From positions 40,920,001 to 40,984,000 of the forward strand of contig OZ286477.1 of NCBI GenBank assembly GCA_965644265.1: DNA of 64,000 bases. Reading direction: 5' to 3'. The notes beneath the pieces are model-generated. The model searched no databases and was not told the DNA's origin. It worked only from the letters and a program-made list of their open reading frames with translations. Source of the DNA: Glycera tridactyla (lineage: Eukaryota). The translations under genes and the position numbers were made by a program. This document shows, one piece after another, positions 53,336-64,000 of this stretch. The stretch's first letter is position 1; every line of letters starts with the position of its first letter.

Positions 53336-55049
53336 GACACCAAGTGGTCAGCCCCATCAATTGAGGACGAAAATGATACACCCTCTTCCTCCCCAGTACG
53401 GAATCACTGATGACAATATCACATTGTGTACAGGTCAAGTGAAATATGTAGATGATATAGCTCTGTGTTCAGGTCAGTCGAAACACAAAGACACAGTTGC
53501 AATTTCCCAAGCTATGTACAAATATGAATGCACGCATGAATGCATGAGTTGCTGTGTCCACATATCTATAGCCCTATCTTCTGCATGAGTGGTCTAGGCA
53601 GAGCACATTATGATAGTACAAATACTGCCATGGTAATATATAAGGTTGTGATAAGGCAATATTTGGCCATATTCAGCCATCTATGAATTCAAGGAAGGTA
53701 ATACTGCATAGTGACATATTTTTTACACTCGGTTCACAGCCACCCATCCATCAGTTATCCTTATGATGTGTCTACTTTATCGATGTTCACAGCTCAACTC
53801 CTTCATGCTCAGAATTTAAAATGGCCCACTCTCATAAGTCTGCCAAATTGATTGGTAGAGATATGGTAGAAACTTGCTATTTCCCCTCAAACTTCTGCCA
53901 TACAGTCTTCAGTGCCATAAAACACTCGTTTCCAGTCTGTGACATGAGACCCAAGTGGAGCTTGACTGCCTCAATGGCTCAGTGACTGATTTTGGAACAG
54001 ATTGCATCAATGGAGGACAAATTGCCAACCCATTGACTATTATATCATTGACTAAATGATTTGGTGATTGTGTGCTCTGGATCCATGACTGCTGCATGCA
54101 ATATCCCTGCAAGGATCTCACGCTTGCTGATGAGAAAAAATGTAATTATTATGGCAGGAAATATCTCTACTGACAAACCACAGACAAATCTTCATATGAA
54201 TTCCTTATCAGGTTGACAGGTTTGAAGACTTGATCTGAGCGTGAAAAGAGTGCAACATTGAAAAAATGAAATATGTGTGAAAGCCGGATTTGAGTTGGCT
54301 TGGATCAATCATGGAGCCTTTCACTCTCAGGACAATGCAATCACACTCGAAGGGCAAGCAGACATCATATTAACTGCATTCATGAAATCACATTTCAGGT
54401 ATCCGGTCAGGAGTTTGAGAAGAGATACTGAATCTGACAGCAAAAGGGTGAAAAATTGTTAACTTGAAGATGAGGGTTCAGATCGACATTGGGGATTTTT
54501 TTCTCACCGAGAGAGCATGCAGGTTCACGGGGAAAGTTTCTGATAAGAGAGAGCCAGCATCCGATCAGGAGATTGAGAAAGTTTTTAGGTGAGCATTAAA
54601 CTATATCCGTAGGCATAACCTAAGGGGAGGAACAAATGTGGTAGAATTGGGATATGAGCATGAAGCAGAATTTGAGAAGAGAGGCGAATTGCTGCCGCTG
54701 ACCCAACCTCTTCATTTTGTATGGTCATGTGTTTTTTTTTGTGTACGAATGAGAGGAGTTTGATAGTAGTCATTGTTCACGGAGATTATTAGTGATGCCT
54801 GGAAACAGGACCTTCATTGCATTATGCATGGATAGAGAATATATATTTGCTCATTACAGATGTTTGAGTCAGCCAAGAGATGACATATCTACACCTTGCA
54901 TGGTCGGGATGGCCAGGCCAACAAATTGTAGTCATCCGAATGCAGGGGGCATCTAATAATTGCAGATAGGAGTAATAGAGAAACACAATGTGTTTTTGGT
55001 CCTGTTTTCTAATTTGACAGATAAAGTAGTCTTCAGTAACGTATTTCAC

Positions 55050-55520
55050 TGTGGGGAGATATAGTTATTACCACCTGCCTGAAATGCCTCTTTCTCCCAC
55101 ACTCTCTATCGATCCCCGAAATATCTTGCTGATCCACATTGTCTCGCACCCCCGCTTTCTCACTCATTCTTCCTATATCTCAAACTTTCAAACACATTCT
55201 TTCACTTTCACACGCTTTCTCCCTATCTCTCCTACTTCCCCACTGACTCATACACATCCTCTCAGCCTTTCACACTCCATATCACTCTCTCCCTCATTCA
55301 CCTACATTTTCATTCTCCTCATCTTCCACTTTCTCTTTCAATCTCCCACTCTGCCTTCATCTTTTTCTGTCCCTGTCTCCCTCTGTCCCTCCTGATTCAT
55401 TTTTCGTCCGTCTGTCTGTCTGTCTGTCTGTGCATCCATCCATCAGTAAGTCTATATGTCTATCTGTCTGCCAGCATGACCGTTTTCTGTCTGTCTGTCT
55501 GTGTGTTGTTCTTTTTCTCT
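55050..55520. repeat. CT-rich tract and (TCTG)n microsatellite
   Basis: Visible. Confidence 0.85.
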
Positions 55521-55599
55521 CTTCCATGCATCCACTTATCCTGTTCTCGACAAATGTTGGTATATTGGTTCGATATTGCTGGATTCGGCTACTCAGAAG

Positions 55600-58500
55600 G
55601 TACTAAACTTACCTATGGATAGAGTAATACCTGGAGATAAATGTGTTTCAGTCAAGATAGACTAAACCAACTCCCCGAACTGCTGACTGAGACACATATG
55701 TCTCTCACTGGTTGAAGATCATTGTTGGCTAACTGGGATTCACAGATGCTTCCAGAGATTATCCTCATCTACGTCAAGCAAACAGAAAGTGAAAAGAGAG
55801 AACAAGGGAGAAATCGGAGAAAGGGAAGGGGTTGAGAAGGAAAGAAAAAGAGAAAGAAAGAAGGAACGAAAGGGTGGATTGGGTGAGTGAGGAGAGCAAG
55901 TACTGAGAGAAGTGACAGGGGAGGACAGAGAGAGAGGGTGGATGGAAGAGAGATAATGGGGATATTGAAAAAATGAGCAAGGAGATAAAATAGGGGCCAT
56001 AGATGTAATCAGAGATGAACGGAACGATTGAACTGGATTGAGACAAAAAAGCATATGGAAGTTCTCTCGATTGGTGCTCAAAGTGCTGAAGTTTTGGTTA
56101 TCACACTATTTAACATTTCATGACACTTACAACCATAATCGACAGGTACTTGAATATACATAGTAGTTTGCTGTGGAGTCATGTCCCTGCCTCTGAAGAC
56201 TAGACGAGTTGATCATTCGCCTGAGTCAAATCTGGATGCAATATACATGAAGTGAGAGTAGTTCAATGGATTCCCTCTGAGTTATGGCCTCATTATGGCA
56301 CTAACAATAGAAGTTGATGGTGGAGGTTTTGTCAGGTCTGACAAGTGAGTGTGTGCATGTGTAGGGGCAGGTACAGGAGAAATCCATCAGCGTAGTTCAG
56401 GTTGTATAATCCATGTAGAGCAGAGACACACACGCGCTCTCATAAGTCCTGCATTTTGATGGAGGACCTCTGTGTGGAGGACTCTTAGTCCGACAAATTG
56501 ACTCTCGTCCCACAGGGTATCTCCAGCTTGAAATAAATCGTCCTGCTTCCCTCCGGCTTGTCTTGTCTGCCTTGTATTGTAACGAATTGTATTTAGATGA
56601 TTGACAAAATTAGTCATAATAAAGAAACTGTCATCATTCGAGTGCATCGTTTATGACAAAACTCTTTGTTTGTTATGGTAACTGCGTATTGCTAGTAAGA
56701 AATGAAGCATATAGATTGAGTCGAACCTCATCTATTTCTTCTATGTTTAGACTTGAAATAGTGTTCAATAAATATGTACATGTATATGAATGTTTAGTTT
56801 TATGTGAATACTGATTTCTTCGATTTGAATATTTGAAAACTGTTGCAACAATACGAGTATCGAAAATACGAAGTATAAAAATATTGCTGGATATATTTTT
56901 TGCTAGAGATATGATGAGAGTGATGCTGATCCATGTATATGCATCATCACAAACCCCCAGTAACCTTTGACTCTCTGAGAGGGATGCAGGAGAATAGTTC
57001 TCATCTGTGGTGCATCATCAAATGTCCCACCTTAGTCGTATTGGGAGAAATGACATATCTCCCAATTTTGTCAATGCTTTGTTCGAATGCTGACTAGAAA
57101 TGATTGGAGCATGTCCAGAGAATTGTACGGAAGGTTCTCACGAGTATAGAGGTACACTCTTGATTGAATAAAATGGCTATCTTCCACATGGTGGCTGTCG
57201 ATGCCCAGTGTGTAGATAAAGCAAGAAACACCTCACTGTGTTTGCTACTCTCAGCTGATTATGATGGATGTTAGTCAAATTTTTCATTCATGATCAACAT
57301 CTCGCATGCCACATCACCCAGGGCGAAACTTCAGATAGACAGATAGAGGGACGAGAACTTCATATAGATAGGCAGACCAGATAGAGAGACGAACAGACAG
57401 GCTGAGAGACTGACAGGCAGACAGATGAACACACAGACAGACGGACAGACAGACATAAAAAACAGACAGACAGACCGATAGAAACATAGACACAGAGACA
57501 GATAGACAGACAAACAGACCGACAGAAGGAACAGACATTCAGGAGTAACAGATAGACAGAAGAAGCAGACATACCGAAGTAACATACGGACAGAAGGAAC
57601 AGACAGACAGACCGACAGACAGAAAAGACAGACAGACGGACAGAAGAAACAGACAGACAGAAGGAACAGACAGACAGAAAAGAACAGACTCACAGAAAGG
57701 AACAGACACACAGACTGACGGACAGAGTCAAGGGTAGAGGGGGTGATTCTGCCTACCCATCTTCATTTTTAGCCTCAGGTTTCTTCGATCAGTGTAGTAC
57801 CATACCAGCATACTTTCATTTAACTACATATATGATATACATAGGGTCTGACCTTCATAGTCAATTATAGTTTGGAAGACACGAGTAGGACACCGGCTCA
57901 GCAGAAAGGACAAAGAGAGAGAGAGAGAGTGGTTCACAAACTTCAGTAATCCGCCATAAGTCGATAATAAAAAATGTATCTAAACAGGGCATAGTCTGGA
58001 GAGACACATTATGTGTGCACATTGAGGTGGCAGATCAAATGGCGATTTATATATGACATTCAGGGATGATAAAGGAGAGAATGAAGGCACAGCAGATTAC
58101 TTGAATTTCAGAGGATTAATTGAAGGCCAAGTGATATGAATTGCATGACATACATTTCAGTGACCAATCTGTTTTGCTGCTGGAATCAGTAAGCCAATTA
58201 CTCAGAAAGTGGTCCCCAAAAAACAGTCATCAATCTGGCAGAAAATTTTACTAGAAACCATTGACAAAAATAGCATTCCATGCATATTGCTGTCATTGTA
58301 GAAAATTTACCGAAAGATATCAGTTCGATTGTTTGATAAATTTCAGTTGAAACTGTGAATTTATATAACATGTGGATCAAGATAGGTGCAGTCAAACTTG
58401 TTCTGAACTGAAGAATATTGTCCACTAATCCGTGCAGGGCTGCTGCTCGGATGGTTCACAAAGGTTTTCAGTTTGCATGATTTGATACCAAATCTCAATT

Positions 58501-59000
58501 ATCACTCTGAGACATCGGAAACAGCAGTGTGACATTACAAGTGATGAGGCTGAGATGTGTGAAGAAGGATGGTGTCAGATTGATGTAGTCGACCCCTTGC
58601 AGAGTAACTAAGTGGCCATCCGAGACCCATTCATGTAATCTGACAAGTTACTTGCCAATTGATATTCTCGGCTCTCGAGAGTGAAACTAGGATGACTACA
58701 ACAATGTATGTGTGTATTGTGTGTATTTGACATGCTTGTGGAATAGTGGAGGGACGGTACTGAGTGTATGAAAGTGTTTAGTATGTCAGCTGGCATCACT
58801 AGTTTTGTTTATTTCATGAGTCTTCATTCATGAAAGCTACTGACAAACATGTCGTGTCAAACCCTTCAGTGTACATGAAGTAACAGAAAATAATACATGT
58901 GAGAATCATGAATTGTAAAAAGTGACTAAGAAGAACTACATTGAAAAAAAGTGAAACAGATATAGAAAATATGACAGAAGACAATATACAACTGTAATCC
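55600..59000 (-). pseudogene. Cassette copy C (same orientation as A)
   Basis: Aligns with about 23960-26750; stops, indels and a large (GACA)n insertion. Confidence 0.45.
57330..57730. repeat. ~400 bp degenerate (GACA)n microsatellite
   Basis: Visible; accounts for ORFs 57314-57711. Confidence 0.93.
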
Positions 59001-59099
59001 TTCCAATTTGACAATGGAATTGAACCAGTCATCCGACAGGCTTGTAGGAGTATTCCCTCCTCTTCCTCAAGATGCAACCTTGGCTAAAAGTTTATATCT

Positions 59100-62000
59100 G
59101 ATTAAATCCCCATTATCGAGAACAGCAGAAAGCAAGTTTCAGACTAACCGGGCTTTTGTCCCATTTATCCGAATCTCAAAATAAATGGCATTGCTCCTGT
59201 GGATTGATGTTCACAAAAATATACGTTGTTCTAAAAGATGTTATAAGCGTGATCAGTGTTACATGTTGAATCCCATCGTTCACCAAGCTCTAATGAAATC
59301 ATGAATCTATGAAGTCATCTCATTGTTCATACAGGGAACTCAATTGTTGGTTTAAAAGTATAATGGACACAGAAATAGAGTTGTAGATACATATTTTAAT
59401 TTGTAAAAGTTCACATAAATATATGCAAATGGCAGATCATAAATTGAATGAAACAATATTGAATATCACAGTATCAAAAATGACAATTGTCAATAATACC
59501 CACAATTCAATAAATAATTTCAATTCGTACCATTCAGATCTGAATCAGATATCACATAAGACAAAGGGAGTTGAATTCATAATACATAAATACCAGTGAA
59601 CATTATAAGAGATAAACTCATGATACATAAATACACACAATATTCCTGATATATCGACCAATTTGAGGTACCTCATTGTATAACACAATTACATTCCCCC
59701 AAGAGTCTATGTTTGAATTCAAACCTTATTGTGTATAATATATATCTCTTGTTCCAACGATGACTTGAGCGCTTGACGAGTGGCCACTATTGATAGCTGG
59801 AAACAAAACAAAGTCAAAGACACTGTGTCTAGGTAGTTAGTGCACTTTTGATATAATAACTCGAAAGTTTCGGGTAAAAGACCCACGATGAAGCATCAAA
59901 CTTTTAAAGTAAATATAATTGGTGGCCACCTAGGTGTAAGTGTGAAGATGAACCACGGAGGTATAATGCATGTTCAGCTAGTATTTGAATGTAGAGAACA
60001 CCGGAACGCGTGAAGTAGTTGGAGTATGATGTATAGAGGATTACTGCAATCCTCTAGTGAAACGTATCCAATTCCATAGTGATGGATAGACGAATCTCAC
60101 CGTATAGGATAATCAACTCGAACACATCTCGAGTGAAGTTAGTGTGCCAGTCACACCATTTCAGCAGCTAGCAGAGAGTAGGCTCACAGCCTAGAAAAGC
60201 TGCATCCGTAAGCCAGGTGGGCGACTTGGTAAAAGTGTGGCCTGAAGAGTACGCACCTCTTCAGTTACGACATCTCAGACGTGCTGGTTGCTGCAAGAAG
60301 ATAGAAAAAAATCTCCTACCAACTGTCCAAGTATCATAATGAAAAGTTTTAATTTAAAATAGTATCTTTAAACAACTCTAAGATTTTTATTTGTTTGTTG
60401 CTCAGTTACTTGCAGTTGCCAGATCTATTATAGTGGGAAGGCAGGATCCCACTTTATTCTCCACTAACTAAATAGCGCAAAAATTAAAGTTACAAGTTAC
60501 CATTGATCAAATTACTCGAAATATTCCAACAATCAGTTGAAGAGATTGTCAAAAGACAATCAGCAAGTATCACCGTTGAAAAGAAATCTCAATGCACTTA
60601 AGCCATCATTATTAACGGAGCAAGCACTGAGCCGACTAAGTTAATCAATCAATGAACAAGGCATAAAAATATCACCAGCTGTATCAGAGAGAGCTAAGTT
60701 CACGGGGAATGAACTAGAAAGGTGAACACACCAAGTCCTCTCTCAGTCAGCTGGGATCATGATGCAGCAGCAATACAGCGAGAAAATTGAAGTCCCACTG
60801 TCTGCATGAAAAGAGCAAGCATGCTTTTCAAAATCAGAAATAGGCAAGCTCTCATCAAATCAAATTCAAAAATTTGAATAAATTCTAAGTTAAGAATTCA
60901 AGATAGAGAAATTAACCTACACAGAACAGGTGGTCTTTATAGACAGAGTCAGATGAAGTTACCACTCACCGAAGCAAGGGTCAAGATCTGAAATCAACAC
61001 AAGTTCCCCCTCCCTGTCACTGTGAGTATGACCTACCTAACATAGACCGGAACGCACTAAGTCACAGCTGCAGTAGCAGCAGGGTCTAAGTTCTGATCTA
61101 CCAAGTCTGTGCTAAGTTCAAATTCTAAAATTCACCAAATCCCAATTTCAACTCATTTCAAGCCATTTGGTAGTGCCTAAAGTCGAAATTAGTCATGTAA
61201 TTCCAGAAATATAAGAGCGAAATGCATTTACATGCAGTCCCATATGTCACAAACCACAAACACAATTGTGCTTAAGGGGTAAGACCATGAGTAAGTCCGG
61301 TAAGCACCGTGCTGAGTTCCAGTCAACGTGCTAAGTTTGCGCTGTCAAATCACAAATAGCGTTAAAGCCAGCACACTGAAGTTCTACAAAAGCAATCCGC
61401 ACATAACGAGAAACAATTCCAATCAATTCTAATGCAGCTAAAAGCTTTTATCAAAAGTGAAAAAGTTCCAACTTGTTGAAAAGTGTAAAGTGGATCGGAA
61501 GCTCAAAGTGAGGCTCATACATGTGGCGGATGGAAATCCAAAATGGCGGATTGTTTACATCTGACCGATCAGTCAGAAACAGCTGTTCATTCCAGAGCGC
61601 TCAGAAAGTATTTCGAAGCTCAAATGACAGCGCATAGCAGCTTATTCATTACGGAAGCAAAACAATTACAAATACAGCAGTTTGAAGGTCTAGAATCATT
61701 CCAAACGAACTTTCCTACGAAAATACAGCTCAACGTGATGTCACAGATCATATAGACTGAAAATCTCAAAGTGGTCACAAGTGACAGGTTGGTCTCAATA
61801 CGGAGGTTTCACTCGAAAAGTAGGTCACGGGACTTAGAGACATGACACAAGACTAAGTAAGCTTAGGACGGGTCCGTGCTTAGGATATACGGCGCTTAGG
61901 ACAGAAATTAAGCTTATCAGAGTGGACCTCCTCCGAAAAGTCTAAATTCAAGCCGGGCACATGAATCACAAGCAGGCACTACGTGTAAACAAAAACAAGC

Positions 62001-64000
62001 CTCAGTTTGTCGTCCCCCCTACGTGTCTATTACAAGTACGAGCACCAAAAACATTCCACCGGATCTTCAATTGACAATTACGACAGTTGTGGTCATGGAA
62101 ATTGGAATACCATCAAGCTAGCATTTGATCGTTAAGCAAACAAGCTTTACAAGCCGAAATAGATTGAGAAAACTGAAATTGAAGCAAATTTGATCGGTCG
62201 ATTGATTGATCGATCAACCGTCAAAGAATTCCAGATTTTCACACCATATGAATGACGTTTGAGTATTACCTTCTCTAAACAAGTCGTTTCAATGAAAATA
62301 CGATTTTCAATAAAGAATTTCACTCGGAAAAGAAAAGATGGACTGGATCTCTATTCATATGATCAGGGAAGCTGAAGAAAATAGATCAGCTGTGTGTACT
62401 ATTCACGAAACCAGCAGCAAAGTTCACCTAAGCGGTGACCTGGTTTGTATACATGACAGCGAGCTGCCATTGTCATACCGAGATAGACATGTTCATTTCA
62501 ACTCAGCCCACATGGACTGGTAGATTGCCGGGTCTATAAACACACAGATTTAGAGAGAAAATAAACAGTTATTACAACTGAAAATGATCTTACAGAAATA
62601 TTCCTTTCATATACTTATTCATATAGGGAAATCCTGTGAATATAATTGAATGTTGAATTATTCAATCACCTCATTCACACAGAAATCCGATGTATTACTT
62701 AATGATCTGAATCTGATTCGTAGGAGCTATATTGAGACGTGATAGCAGTTCATACACACAGCTTCTCTCACCTGGAGGATTCAGTGAGTCCAAGCTTTAA
62801 ATACAATTTCACAAATTCCTGCATAGCCCTGTTCCACCCATACTGGTGAACTGGACCAGGAACAATACTGGAGGAACACAGCCTAGTTCCACGCAGTTCC
62901 ACTTGCTCCAAATTCACCGGAACAGCACAGGGAATTAACAGAAACAGCTAGAACTACCGATATTTACGAGAATTATCAGCTAATAGTTTTGGATCAGGAC
63001 GGCGTTAATGGAACAAAATCCTATCATCCAAAATGATCCAAAAACATCCAAAACATGCAAATTCTAGATTTTTGACCACGTATGCTCGAAATACGGTACA
63101 TTCAACACAAAACATGGAAGATCCGATGACATGAAATGGCATGATACTAAAAATGGCCATTGGGGCAAATATGGATAATGCCTCCTAATAAAGCCTCCTA
63201 GAAGGATCCTAAACAGTTCTAAATCTCACAAAAACTCACTAGATGTTGTAGAGCTCACAGTGATGTATTGGAGTTCATCACTTAGTCCAAGGCAGCGATC
63301 TTGGAGAAGCTAGATGGTCACAGCTTCCGACTCCTTCAGCTCCGGTGCGTACTTTTCAGGACAGAATTTCCAAGTGCAAGAACTCCTGTCTGGCACACTT
63401 TTATGTAACCGTCCTGAAGAGCCAGCAAAGAGTGGGAAAAAGGAGCGGGAAGAGCAATGTCAAACTCCCATAGTCAGCTACCTCGAATGTATTCACTCGA
63501 GTCTTTCACAGATCGATTTCAGAAGATTTTCTGAGAAACCATGTACATTCCATGTACATTACGTATCAGTTTCCTCCTGCGCGACTCAGAGCTCCTCCTG
63601 CTCAGGGAGTCGTTCACTATACTGTATGATCAACGATATCGGCAAAAACCCGTCCGATAAACGGCCTATACCTCAGACTAACAATTTTGCCTCGGAAGAT
63701 ACATTTCCCATCTTCGAGATATTTTTAGCCCTACTTCAGATACGTATCATGTAAAAATATGGCCTTCCTACGTCCATTATTCGCGGAGATATCGCAGTTT
63801 CACTGTTTCACCCTAGAAACACTGCAAGCTGGGCACCTCACCGAGAACGGCGAGTCTACCGCGTGTAACTCGAACTCTAGTTGCCACACCAACAGCCATA
63901 TAGGTGAAACAAATAATATCAGGAAACTAACAGGATCACAACTATTTTTCAACTAATAGAAGTGAAAATATCTCATGCTTCTGGAGTAGAAGGTAAATTA
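59100..64000. other. Unclassified A-rich, microsatellite-poor region, possibly the non-coding part of a large repeat
   Basis: Compositional change, recurring CTAAGT motif and no recognisable ORF. Confidence 0.25.

Larger units (their letters stand above)
50566..53895. repeat. Inverted repeat arms 50566-50958 and 53399-53895 around a 2.4 kb spacer
   Basis: Arms are reverse complements; the right arm has an extra ~90-100 bp. Confidence 0.9.

Noticed and set aside
53400-53470. Peptide ITDDNITLCTGQVKYVDDIAL resembles a LINE RT (Y/F)xDD motif
   Set aside because: No upstream PQG motif or downstream LG motif, and the segment is a short degenerate tandem repeat (DD...LC.GQ.K twice). An ancient RT fragment cannot be excluded but is unsupported.
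63314-63754. 146-aa ORF on the plus strand
   Set aside because: No recognisable domain, splice context or paralog support; the length is compatible with chance.

Overview
Animal-type eukaryotic, repeat-rich DNA with five N gaps, many microsatellites and no intact cellular gene, rRNA, tRNA or CRISPR array that I can support. An invertebrate (mollusc-like) origin is only my inference. Main structures: (1) a head-to-tail array of four ~3.74-3.79 kb units (5193-20248) with an exactly mappable junction; (2) at least six diverged, decayed copies of a gene-like cassette in both orientations whose product I cannot identify; (3) a ~9 kb inverted duplication (about 19420-28610 vs 41870-50560); (4) an 8 kb composite of two I-group (Nimb/I-like) LINE copies enclosed by one 11-bp target-site duplication; (5) a DIRS-type tyrosine-recombinase remnant with terminal inverted-repeat structure, lying between ~400-bp inverted host arms; (6) an unclassified A-rich tail region (59-64 kb) with a strand-biased CTAAGT cluster. 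All alignments were done by eye, so coordinates other than the stated junctions and motifs are approximate.
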